A program made the translations under genes and the position numbers. 64,000 nt of DNA from the IMG/VR virus record IMGVR_UViG_3300044681_000281, positions 1-64,000 of that record. One strand, 5' to 3'. The notes under the pieces are model-generated. The model saw nothing but the letters and a program-made list of their open reading frames with translations, made no database searches and had not been told where the DNA came from. The stretch comes from a virus. Positions 32,101 to 40,529 of this stretch are shown here, one piece after another (position 1 is the stretch's first letter; each line of letters starts with the position of its first letter).

Positions 32101-33863
32101 ACTTTCAAATCATACGGTGGGAACCACATAACACGTCCACCGTTATTTCCTCTTTCACAATATGGTAAGTCACTATATGTAAAACCAGGTGTGTTAGATG
32201 TTTTCCACGCCAAATTTTCAATAGAGAACATATATTTTTTTGCGTAGTACCCGTCACCACCTTTAAAGATGTTGGTCGAACCTTCGAATGAACCTTCCCC
32301 ATTAGACATGGGAGCAATATTCAGGTTCCACGGAGTACTCATAACACTGTCGTCGTACTTTCTAATATTACCCGTTCTCTTCATGGTATCGGACATGTTC
32401 ATATAACCTCTGTCCTTAGTCCATACACGACAATATTCCACACCTGTCTCACCACCATACTGATCAACATACTTTATCGCAGAACCTCTCGATAACATAA
32501 CGTCACCCTCTTTAAAGATTCTACTTGTTTGATCAATGGCGTTAGCAACGTGTGTTCTTGATGCACCACCATCGGATGGCATAGATTCTAACAATTCTTG
32601 GGTTTTACCCATTATAGAATCGGATCTAAAATTATATCTATTGGAAAGTGATTCCTCTAACTGTGATCTTTCTGAGTTGTATTCTTGGTTATTTGCACCT
32701 AATTTGTTTTTAGATTGAGTACTATACCACGTAAGTTTACCTCCAATTTGACCACCCTCACTAATATTTCGTTGTTTCTGAAATAGTTCTGTTTGTGCGG
32801 AATCAAACATCAACGACATGTAATATGAACTTCTAACGAGATTATCGTTAAAGTCACCCATCGCATACTTCACATCCTCACCCCTATCGTCACCTATATA
32901 TGCACCTTGAGTCGGTGCCCCTATTCCAAGTACATCATTGATTGCATCTCCAATTACATTAGGGAAATTAAAGAGTTTTGATGATTGTTGTGACCTTGCC
33001 GATTTAGAGTAATCAGGAGCATACTTTGAGTATCTTAGATTATCAAATAACACATCTTTCTGTCCTGACCCCATATAATCGATCATTAGGTCAGATGGTT
33101 TAGCACTCAACTTAGGTCTTCTTTGGATACCTATTAAGGACCCCAATACTCCCGTAACGTCTTGTAATATTTGACCCGCGGTTGTTTGTGCCTCAGGTCT
33201 ATAGTTGATTGGATTCGCAGGATTACTTAAATAATCCCCAGGTATCTCGCTCCATGGAAATTCAACACCCGCAACTGTTTGTATAAAATCAATCGCCTTA
33301 CCTGGAAGGGTTTTGGCGACCGTTATTTTATAATTCTTTTCGATAAGACTTTCCCTACCCGTAACGAGATTAACCGCAGTTGCCAAATTACCCTCTAACG
33401 CATCTATGAGTCTTACTCTACCATAGGTCGCAGCAACTAAATTTTGTGTGATTCTCGATAAAACAGGACCTTGTGGGTTATTCTTAATATGAGATGCAGC
33501 AAACCTCATAAGTCTAGACTCAGAATCGTATTGATCCGTAGTCATAATACTTACAAAATTATTGTAACTGCCTTGTGTAAAATATGGGTATAAACCTAAA
33601 TCCTCTAAACGAGTTAACTGTCTTAAACTTTCTACTGTTTGTAAAATATCAGGGGTGAAAGTGTTTTGTGTGTCAGGTATCGCTAAGTAGGTTGAGAGAT
33701 TTGTTTCAACGTCACCCGGATCCACATTCGATTGATCATTTAGATTCTGTACAGAATAAGATGCATCCGTAAAGGTCTGAGGACCATCAGGATGTTGTAG
33801 GGTTCTCGATATGAGATAATCCCTAAAATGTTGAGTACTATTAAAATCTAAATAACTTGGCAT
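29154..33863 (-). CDS. Tail tube initiator-like protein (gp48/gp54-like) with an inserted OmpA-like domain
   Basis: Tube-like segments IGRPEPIYTYQNTSRSGQISFKVVVD and PPICVIRVGDF...VIRDVNITYD...PMIANVTL flank LYFRND...YNVKLSLRRTHSI. Lies between the tape measure and LysM genes. Confidence 0.62.
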   Translation of the reverse strand: MPSYLDFNSTQHFRDYLISRTLQHPDGPQTFTDASYSVQNLNDQSNVDPGDVETNLSTYLAIPDTQNTFTPDILQTVESLRQLTRLEDLGLYPYFTQGSYNNFVSIMTTDQYDSESRLMRFAASHIKNNPQGPVLSRITQNLVAATYGRVRLIDALEGNLATAVNLVTGRESLIEKNYKITVAKTLPGKAIDFIQTVAGVEFPWSEIPGDYLSNPANPINYRPEAQTTAGQILQDVTGVLGSLIGIQRRPKLSAKPSDLMIDYMGSGQKDVLFDNLRYSKYAPDYSKSARSQQSSKLFNFPNVIGDAINDVLGIGAPTQGAYIGDDRGEDVKYAMGDFNDNLVRSSYYMSLMFDSAQTELFQKQRNISEGGQIGGKLTWYSTQSKNKLGANNQEYNSERSQLEESLSNRYNFRSDSIMGKTQELLESMPSDGGASRTHVANAIDQTSRIFKEGDVMLSRGSAIKYVDQYGGETGVEYCRVWTKDRGYMNMSDTMKRTGNIRKYDDSVMSTPWNLNIAPMSNGEGSFEGSTNIFKGGDGYYAKKYMFSIENLAWKTSNTPGFTYSDLPYCERGNNGGRVMWFPPYDLKVSEQNNARWDENNFIGRPEPIYTYQNTSRSGQISFKVVVDHPSVLNLLVQKAFKNMSDEEADNYINAFFAGCEEIDFYSLIRTYTTLTREDIDRIKDYLEGGTDPEVIKKYKIRTETEIIDKPDPSPINQEPITETVTLYFRNDYPKVNPKVQSEHLYEDLYNTYIDTSGSTTNPSDGTYMKDLSDGLNILFSGTETAAKKNDKQVIYGRTDVTGTQEDKDMVMERAKKGFEKLKQNFEGYKNHIEELKTKIEAGEIKQLEVNVVSSTSSVADDDYNVKLSLRRTHSILLDVVTKISKSGRNDIGWSTTVPSDGTTSVARDNKITFKELGYEGIEGELIIKTDSIGENNKIDANTLGGGEVNVDCHGGELLSSKAIKRTAPATFYCRQSTVMFKHTPVDKQPEKPKPDTKYFLDPDGTYQPPTVKKPPIDEMKRIIMKTLSECYYFKVLEEESPVQFSSLKEKLRYFQPAFHSTTPEGLNSRLTFLLQCVRPGDTIPIKGVSSDLDIRARNTSFGPPPICVIRVGDFYHSKVVIRDVNITYDEGVWDLNPEGIGVQPMIANVTLQVNFIGGQGLSKPVERLQNALSSNFFANTEMYDPRSINTSTIDGKTAEEFTKEFLEQLQKTGTTEPSEPEGEVAGNTISESYIGDFADDEKTQLTYDKIIDSVFENTKNYFRTLQSTYGTTLKKYGPQVHSLIFDPQYRTVTTYTVEGPSGGSSDLLFFGEFSKVNSFDKFVFDLKAKLVASILSEDVSTMMRFDRFMSTDIIDRSNKILRPKLQELVENKLDELISDSSIKEVSSKRNLLTLELDKLNYLTKYFADGKVKDGSGTDATLEGFTSETLYDHYDECIKYINKNSDNFTKKLDTSLNFNSLSVDLTVLSDILSVLLYENKQAIKDIYLEDKTLFNETIKKKIDDKVDSFFEETKEKEIRISKDPVRKTDKMDPFTILSTADITDQSQLDELSKVQSSKVELGTTLNFYKP

Positions 33864-33902
33864 CTTTTATTTATAGATAAATAGATAGTTTATCATTTCT
33901 TA

Positions 33903-35693
33903 TTACAATGTAAATGATGTATTGAGTAAATCTCTTTTACCCAAGTTTAACCCTTCGGACCACGTTTCAGGACTCTTCATCATCGCCTTTTCAACCGCCC
34001 CTAAAACAGAACTATTCGCAGTTAAATTCACATTTACATTACCACTTACATTTTGATTGGTTGTTTGTGTGTTGCTCGTGTTATCATTCTTTTTATTTGC
34101 ATCTGTAAGGGTTTTAATCTGTTCTCTCACCTGACTACCCATATCTTTTGCATAGGCGGCCACTTTTTCTGTCATTTCATCCGCCGATTTACTTAATGAT
34201 TGACCAATACTCTTACTATCCTCCCCAATCGCAGCTTGAACCGCCGCATCGGTAGCCTTACCTGCCTCTAATCTTGCTAGTGTAACAAGATATTGTAAAT
34301 CCCTTTGGATGTTTTCTGTGAGAGTTACCTGTTTTCTAACTAAATCACTCTCTGACATTTCTTTAAAATCGTCTTGGTATTTGAGTAGGGTTTCTGCCGT
34401 GGCGGAATCAATATTCTCAAGTGCGATTGCTGTTGCACCTCCGAACTTCTCTTGTAATTCAGGTGTCATTAATTCGATGGACATCTTACCATCTTTCATT
34501 CTAGCGATGTTGGTTAAAAATTCTTCCTGTTTTTCTGACAAACCAAGACCCTCCATTGCGGTTGCTGCTGCCATTCTTTCTTGAGACGCGACCGCCGCGT
34601 TGGTTAATTCTTTAAGGTCAATACCCATTTGTTTTGCCAACTCCCTTGCCTGTCTAAGATTCGCACCCGTCACTTCAAAACCACCCGTTTCAACGTTGTA
34701 AGTTGCTAAATTTTGTGCCACACCCTCAATTGCTCCTTGGAGTCCTTCAACCTCGTTGGTTGCCATATACATGAGTCGTAATGGGTCGTTAAATTCACCG
34801 AACGCACCACCCAATACTTGTAGGTTAGCCGATAATTCTAATGCCCCTTCAGGATCAAAAACTTTGTCCGCAACTGAGAAAACACTATTAAGACTCATCC
34901 TAACCTCAGTTGCCCTTCTAACCATTTTTTCAAGACCTTCTACCCCATTTTGGAAACCATAGGCATTTAGTTTATCAATGTTTTCGGTGATACCCTTAAT
35001 GGTTGTTTTTGATTGGAGACCGACTTCTAATGATCTTTTACCGGCATCAGCGATCGCCTCTTGTGCTTGTGACGCACCTATACCAACTTTTTCAAATTCC
35101 GCGTATGACCCAACAACTTCTGACATGTCCATTCCGTACGCCTGTGCAATTTCACCCGCACGTACCAACATATCAGATCCAACCAACGCAAATCTACCTG
35201 TGGTGTCAACTAATTTTTTTGCGGAATCAGTTAGTTCATCGAAACTAATACCTAACTTTAAAAGTGCGGGCTGTGCTTCACTAATCTGTTCTCTAAAATC
35301 TTCGGATAGTTCACCTGTTAATCCTAAATCTTCATTGATCGCCTTTAAGAGAAAGGATTGTTCTTTGTAATATGATTCTAAACTATTTTCTGCTATTTGC
35401 CCAACAGTTTTTAATAATGCCATGATTGGACTCGTGTCCTCTTTAGCCCTCTCTGTTCGATAGGTGGCCATGGCATCCTCTAAACTCAACTGTTCTCTCG
35501 GAGCATACTCTTGTCTCGTAGACGCGGCAACTATTTTAGCGATTATACCCGCCTCTGTAGATGGGGGTTTAGGCGCATTCTTATTACTTTCATTCTTCGC
35601 TTGACGCAACTCGTCTTCGTACTTTCTACGCTCCTCAGGACTCGTGGCATTATCGATTTTTTCCTGTAATAACTTTATATAGTTTTCGTTCAT
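33903..35693 (-). CDS. Tail tape measure protein
   Basis: 596-aa Ala/Glu-rich helical protein in the canonical position after tube and chaperone. Confidence 0.78.
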   Translation of the reverse strand: MNENYIKLLQEKIDNATSPEERRKYEDELRQAKNESNKNAPKPPSTEAGIIAKIVAASTRQEYAPREQLSLEDAMATYRTERAKEDTSPIMALLKTVGQIAENSLESYYKEQSFLLKAINEDLGLTGELSEDFREQISEAQPALLKLGISFDELTDSAKKLVDTTGRFALVGSDMLVRAGEIAQAYGMDMSEVVGSYAEFEKVGIGASQAQEAIADAGKRSLEVGLQSKTTIKGITENIDKLNAYGFQNGVEGLEKMVRRATEVRMSLNSVFSVADKVFDPEGALELSANLQVLGGAFGEFNDPLRLMYMATNEVEGLQGAIEGVAQNLATYNVETGGFEVTGANLRQARELAKQMGIDLKELTNAAVASQERMAAATAMEGLGLSEKQEEFLTNIARMKDGKMSIELMTPELQEKFGGATAIALENIDSATAETLLKYQDDFKEMSESDLVRKQVTLTENIQRDLQYLVTLARLEAGKATDAAVQAAIGEDSKSIGQSLSKSADEMTEKVAAYAKDMGSQVREQIKTLTDANKKNDNTSNTQTTNQNVSGNVNVNLTANSSVLGAVEKAMMKSPETWSEGLNLGKRDLLNTSFTL

Positions 35694-35705
35694 ACTATAT
35701 AAATA

Positions 35706-35861
35706 TTATTTCGAGGGGTTTTCTAACTCAATAATTTTCTCGATATAATATCTTCTTAAATAGATGGGCATCTCCAACACATCCCTGTGGGAGAACCCTC
35801 TTTTTACGAGGTAAATCGTTTCTAAGTATTGTGAGGTCTTAGACTCCGTAGAAAGGCCGAA
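35706..35861 (-). CDS. Frameshift extension of the tail assembly chaperone (gpT/gp51-like)
   Basis: The +1 frame after TTT TTT CGG encodes FGLSTESKTSQYLETIYLVKRGFSHRDVLEMPIYLRRYYIEKIIELENPSK*. It fills the gap up to the tape measure promoter. Its first ATG is only about 20 codons from the stop. Confidence 0.7.
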   Translation of the reverse strand, partial: FGLSTESKTSQYLETIYLVKRGFSHRDVLEMPIYLRRYYIEKIIELENPSK

Positions 35862-36576
35862 AAAACTCCACCCCAAAGTCGATATTGAATGTGACTTTTT
35901 CTCCTGATGGGGCGATTGTGGTTTGTGTCAGATCGACACCGGGTTTAACTTTATTGACATATTTTCTGAAATTTTGAGAGTCTACAATTGGTAAAGTCTC
36001 TATAAAATTTCTAATGTTCATTGGATCGGGATTACCTTCCACTGATTTAATTAATTTCTCTAATCTTTTTGTAACGATTGGTGCGGTTCCTATACCATTC
36101 CAACTTTTATTGATTTGGTCGATTTCAATTTCATCTTTCTGTGTTAAAAAGTTGAATGTGATATGTTTCTTAGACTTCTCCATAAAATACGGATAGTTAC
36201 CATTCTCATCTTCTTTTAAATCAAATTCTTTATATGACAATTCTGACAAATCAACCGTATAATCAAAAAATTCATCTGTTTTTGGGTCCACGATCCTCAT
36301 GTTAAGGTCAGAACCAAACGCAGTGTTTCTTAAGAAAATAAGGATTGCTTGTCTATCCTCCAATGTTAAGTCCTCAACGGCTATCTCTTTTGTTAGAATT
36401 TTCCTTTTAAGGAGTTCATCAATTACATTACCACTCGCAACTAAGTTGGGTGAAGTTAGAATATTCTCATCTGATGCCGTTAAGTATGCAACTTTAACCG
36501 CCTTAGTTTTATTTGGGTAAAGAATACCCCTACTTGGTAGTTCTACTACATCATATTGTATTGTTGGATCTATCAT
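35839..36576 (-). CDS. Tail/baseplate hub assembly chaperone (T4 gp26/lambda gpG-like)
   Basis: VELPSRGILYP...YLTASDENIL...LEDRQAILIFLRNTAFG; lies between tube and tape measure; ends FFRP. Confidence 0.78.
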   Translation of the reverse strand: MIDPTIQYDVVELPSRGILYPNKTKAVKVAYLTASDENILTSPNLVASGNVIDELLKRKILTKEIAVEDLTLEDRQAILIFLRNTAFGSDLNMRIVDPKTDEFFDYTVDLSELSYKEFDLKEDENGNYPYFMEKSKKHITFNFLTQKDEIEIDQINKSWNGIGTAPIVTKRLEKLIKSVEGNPDPMNIRNFIETLPIVDSQNFRKYVNKVKPGVDLTQTTIAPSGEKVTFNIDFGVEFFRPFYGV

Positions 36577-36636
36577 ACTTTTTACTATAACATTTAAATT
36601 TAAAGAAATACCATTGGAAAGTAAAGGTTATTTCAT

Positions 36637-36660
36637 AAAAAAAGGGACCACAAGGGTCCC
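36637..36660 (-). terminator. Intrinsic terminator after the tail tube gene
   Basis: Minus strand reads GGGACC-CTTGT-GGTCCC-TTTTTTT. Confidence 0.78.
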
Positions 36661-36686
36661 CTATAAATACTAGACAGATTTTTTTA

Positions 36687-37175
36687 TTAGTAAACTTGGA
36701 TACATCTATCCATTCTCAATGAACAGTCAATAGTTGCCAAGGCATCGTTGTTGTAATCTAATTCGTTGAAGTTCAAATCAGTGATAAATGTTCCTTGTAG
36801 GATCCATTTTTCAACTACAACACCTGTTGGGTCTAACATCTCTAATTCGATATCTTTTTTATATCCCGCGGCGTAACCCATTCTACCTGTTACGGATTCT
36901 GCGTGTAATCTGAACCACTCCATCAACGCTTGTGATGCAGAAGGTCCAATTGGATCTTTGAATTTAACTCTTAGTTCATTCCATGTGAATCTACCAGCAA
37001 CATAAGTTGAAGTGTTCAAGAAAGGAATTTCAACACTGTTAATCTTCGCGCTAGGTCTAGCGGCCGATGTAACATACCACTCATTGATTCCCAATGAAGA
37101 AGGGAATCTAACAATGAATCGGTTAACTCTTTTCGGTTCGTAAGGAACCGGCATTTTCATTAATAAATCTGCCAT
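36687..37175 (-). CDS. Tail tube protein, T4 gp19-like
   Basis: YEPKRVNRF, ARPSAK, YVAGRFTW, YKKDIELEMLDPTGVVVEKWILQGTF, LDY; directly downstream of the sheath gene. Confidence 0.92.
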   Translation of the reverse strand: MADLLMKMPVPYEPKRVNRFIVRFPSSLGINEWYVTSAARPSAKINSVEIPFLNTSTYVAGRFTWNELRVKFKDPIGPSASQALMEWFRLHAESVTGRMGYAAGYKKDIELEMLDPTGVVVEKWILQGTFITDLNFNELDYNNDALATIDCSLRMDRCIQVY

Positions 37176-37258
37176 GTCTGTATATTTGTTATCTCAGTTA
37201 TTCTTTATTATAAATATATCTCTTTGAGAAATATTTTTTTATTTGTTTGGAAACTCGC

Positions 37259-37289
37259 TTGACATTGTCAAAAAATTTCCGTAAGTTTT
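37259..37289 (+). promoter_or_regulatory. Bacteroidota-type promoter (TTG-N20-TAAGTTTT) overlapped by the palindrome TTGACA-T-TGTCAA
   Basis: Same spacing as the promoters upstream of polB and the nuclease gene. Points opposite to the tail operon. Confidence 0.55.
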
Positions 37290-37291
37290 AT

Positions 37292-37424
37292 TTACCCAGT
37301 AAATACTAGAATAAATAATATTAGAAATTAATAATCTAGTATAAAATAACCAGTATAATACTGGGTGTCATCTCAATTTTTACTTTTGGATTGGGGGAGT
37401 CGTGAGACTCCCCTTTTCCTTTTT
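37292..37424 (+). ncRNA. Candidate small RNA (about 125 nt) in antisense orientation between the tube and sheath genes
   Basis: Promoter upstream. Nested stems ACCCAGTA/TACTGGGT and ATACTAGA/TCTAGTAT. No ATG. Ends in a + strand terminator. Confidence 0.5.
37394..37424 (+). terminator. Intrinsic terminator on the + strand
   Basis: GGGGAGTC-GTGA-GACTCCCC-TTTTCCTTTTT. The GNRA loop and U tract occur only on the + strand. Confidence 0.75.
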
Positions 37425-37432
37425 ATCATCTA

Positions 37433-40243
37433 TTAGATATTCTCAAATGATGCTCCTGTTGGAGTAATTAAGAATTCAACATCAATGAATTCCAATGCTC
37501 TTGTTGGTTTGATGTAAATCTTACCTCTTAAAGTATTTGCATCGATATCCTCTGGATCATTAGATACCGTTACACGGAACTCATATAAACCTCTTTCTTT
37601 CTTGATTGATTCCAAAATAGGATTAACCAATCTTAAGAATTCATTTCTTACTTGCTCGTCATTTTGTTCAAATAACAATCTCACGGCAACTGCCGAAATA
37701 AGTTTTCTTGCTCTTAACAACAATCTTCTTACGTTAATTCTATCAAGTGCGGATTCTCTAACCTGTAAGGTCTTGTTACCCCAAATGATTGTACCCGTAT
37801 CAGAGAATGTTGCGATTGGGTTAATTCTTGCTTTGTATAAATCATCTCTGTTATCCAAAGTAAGTTTTTTCTTCGCTTTAATTGCGTTTACTAAACCTCT
37901 TTGGTATCCTGCTACTGCGAACCAAGGATATGATACATTATCGGTCAACGCAATATTCTTAACAACCTCACCTGTTGGTGGAATGTATAATTGAGTTGCG
38001 TTATCCCCATCTCTTACTTGGATCCATGGCCAATATGTTGCGGTATAGTTGGTGTCCAAATCTACAGTATCCAATTGGTCAATGATTTCATCAACATTGT
38101 CAGTGTTAGGTGCGTTTACAATATAAAGTGAATCCGCTCTATCACCCTCAATCATATCGATTGTTTGATTTACCAAAGAACTGTGATTGTAGAAATCAAG
38201 ACCTGGAGTTGCGAAAATGTTAATATCAACCGACTCAGGATTAGAGAATGTCTCAATTGCCTGTAAGAACGCGTAGTAGTCAGAATTTCCAACTGAAGTA
38301 CTGAATACCCCACCATTAGTGGTTGTACCACTCACATATGTATTCTTACCGAAGATATAACCATCTCCATTCGTTCTGGTTCCTCTATAAATGTCCCATC
38401 CGTCAAAACCACCACATACTGCGAATGTGAATTTTCTGAATGATTTACTATCTAATTTTCCTTTATCATTTCCTTCCAAATCATAAGGTGTTGTTTTAAA
38501 CCCTAATGAAGATGCATTTGATGATAAGTGGAATCCGTGTGATGCAACATTTGCACTCACCCCTTTAAATTGGAATAAGTCAGAATCGAAACCAATTTGA
38601 GATGAAAGACCTAAAGAAACCTTTCTAACTTTATCTCCATTGGTTAATTCAGGATTTCCTAATGAGTCAAAGGCAATAGTATCACCCGCATCAAAATATT
38701 GGGTTTTATATAGAACATTACCAATTTTAGAACCGACACCTAAACTATCGGCAGTAAAACCTTTGAATCCCGCAGGAAATGCATCGATTGGGTGTTCTTC
38801 AGCCATGTTCAACATAACATATTTAGAACGTAACTCATATTCACCGTCTGAAGTACCGATTTTTCTTGCGATATAACCAGGTAGGTCAGGGTTCATAGAA
38901 CATCTGGAAAATTTCTCTAAAACAACAACATTATCGTCTGAATCATTAAAGTCTCTAACGATCACATCAAATTCACCCGTTTCAATGTCAATGTTTTGAA
39001 TCATTAACTTAACCTGTGTGTTTGCGGCATTACCATCAGAGATACTAATAACACTAAATAAGTCTGAAACTGCACCACCTCTCACTTCAGATACAACCGT
39101 TGGAGATGCTGGGGTTTCCCACTGACTTAAGAAGTCGTTTGAAACATTATGATATACAAGATCAGTACTTAAACCTCTAACTAAACCTAAAGAATATAAA
39201 GATTTTAATAAGTTAGGGTACTCCTCAAATACGTAGACAGGGAAATCGGATCTTTTCTTATCGAAAACATCCCCACCCAATACCTTGGTGATGTACTTTG
39301 TGGATGTCATATCCATTGTACATGTAAATGATTTAACACCACTAGTTGATCCATTTGCACTTATTACAAATTCACCCATTGGGTTAGAAGCGATAGTAGA
39401 AGAAGAAAGGGTTAAATCACCATTATTAGTTATTTCTAAATCTAAGGTCTCACCACTATACGCACCTCTAGATCTTAGGGCCGCGATAACAATACCATCG
39501 TAATCCTCATTCACTTCGGCAACGTACTCAAATTGAGTGATTGTCCAACCTGTGGAGGTTCCGTCGTAAACGAACAGATATGAATAGACACCGTCGATTA
39601 CACCCAACCCATTTTCTTTAAAGTAGAAATTGTACCAATTATTCTCCACATTGGAACCAATAGGACCTGTTTCTTCTAAAGAATCATTTAAAGGTGCTGT
39701 AGTGTTAGGGTCAACGTAACCAATTGTAAACCACGTTCCATCTTGTACCGTGATTGAATTGATATAGTCAGGAACTGAATTACCGTCAGTTGCGGTTTTA
39801 TTATTTAAATCACCAATGAATGATGATGTTGAGATGTTAGTAGTCGCACCGGTTAACGTTTCAGTGATACCTGTAACCAAATTAGTGGTATCTACAGTGA
39901 TACCCCCCAAAGTCTTTATTGCGAAAGTCTTTAAAGGCTTGTATCCTGTTAAACCTAAAACTCTCGTCACAAAAAGTTGATTTGATTCTTGTAAGTATGA
40001 TTTTGCCACGTAACCTAACTCATACTTAGGATTACCATCCGAGTATTTCGCAGGTGAAGTAGGACCAAAATATGTTTTGAACTCATCAAAATTTCTTATT
40101 AAAATAGGTTCGAATGCGGGACCTTGAATAGTCTCACCCGCCAAACCTAGTGTAGTTACACCCACACTTTGCGCTACGAACGTTAAATCCTTCTCTGATG
40201 TGTAGACACCTGGAGAAACGAATACTCTGTTTGAATTTGCCAT
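37433..40243 (-). CDS. Contractile tail sheath protein, T4 gp18-like
   Basis: FVSPGVYTSEKDLT, YWPW, PWFAVAGYQRG, RINPIATF, IWGNKTLQ, RINVRRLL, IKPTRALEFI. Confidence 0.96.
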   Translation of the reverse strand: MANSNRVFVSPGVYTSEKDLTFVAQSVGVTTLGLAGETIQGPAFEPILIRNFDEFKTYFGPTSPAKYSDGNPKYELGYVAKSYLQESNQLFVTRVLGLTGYKPLKTFAIKTLGGITVDTTNLVTGITETLTGATTNISTSSFIGDLNNKTATDGNSVPDYINSITVQDGTWFTIGYVDPNTTAPLNDSLEETGPIGSNVENNWYNFYFKENGLGVIDGVYSYLFVYDGTSTGWTITQFEYVAEVNEDYDGIVIAALRSRGAYSGETLDLEITNNGDLTLSSSTIASNPMGEFVISANGSTSGVKSFTCTMDMTSTKYITKVLGGDVFDKKRSDFPVYVFEEYPNLLKSLYSLGLVRGLSTDLVYHNVSNDFLSQWETPASPTVVSEVRGGAVSDLFSVISISDGNAANTQVKLMIQNIDIETGEFDVIVRDFNDSDDNVVVLEKFSRCSMNPDLPGYIARKIGTSDGEYELRSKYVMLNMAEEHPIDAFPAGFKGFTADSLGVGSKIGNVLYKTQYFDAGDTIAFDSLGNPELTNGDKVRKVSLGLSSQIGFDSDLFQFKGVSANVASHGFHLSSNASSLGFKTTPYDLEGNDKGKLDSKSFRKFTFAVCGGFDGWDIYRGTRTNGDGYIFGKNTYVSGTTTNGGVFSTSVGNSDYYAFLQAIETFSNPESVDINIFATPGLDFYNHSSLVNQTIDMIEGDRADSLYIVNAPNTDNVDEIIDQLDTVDLDTNYTATYWPWIQVRDGDNATQLYIPPTGEVVKNIALTDNVSYPWFAVAGYQRGLVNAIKAKKKLTLDNRDDLYKARINPIATFSDTGTIIWGNKTLQVRESALDRINVRRLLLRARKLISAVAVRLLFEQNDEQVRNEFLRLVNPILESIKKERGLYEFRVTVSNDPEDIDANTLRGKIYIKPTRALEFIDVEFLITPTGASFENI

Positions 40244-40364
40244 CGATTACTTTAGTTATTATTTTTTTATTGTTTTACTATAAATATCTTTGTTTTTATG
40301 AAAGATTTCGGGACTTTTTTATTTCGGAATATTTAAAGATCTTTTTTTATCCATATTTATCTTT

Positions 40365-40523
40365 ATGGATAATACGAAAACCAAAAACGTTAAAATCAGT
40401 GTTAAACACCATGAAAAGTTGAAATCCTATTGTGATGACAATGGATTTAAATTATATAAGGTGATAGAAAAGTGGATTGATCAGAATTGTACTGACAGAA
40501 AACGTAACCTCTATAATGAATAG
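40365..40523 (+). CDS. Small ribbon-helix-helix DNA-binding protein (52 aa)
   Basis: Below the ORF-track cutoff. MDNTKTKNVKISVKHHEKLKSYCDDNGFKLYKVIEKWIDQNCTDRKRNLYNE* has a beta-strand, helix, G, helix pattern. TATTTAT lies 4 nt upstream. Confidence 0.68.
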   Translation: MDNTKTKNVKISVKHHEKLKSYCDDNGFKLYKVIEKWIDQNCTDRKRNLYNE

Positions 40524-40529
40524 GAAACC

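Noticed and set aside
36661-36670. TATTTAT copy immediately before the tube terminator
   Set aside because: It is followed directly by a terminator, not a start codon, so it may be chance in AT-rich DNA. It was not counted as a promoter.
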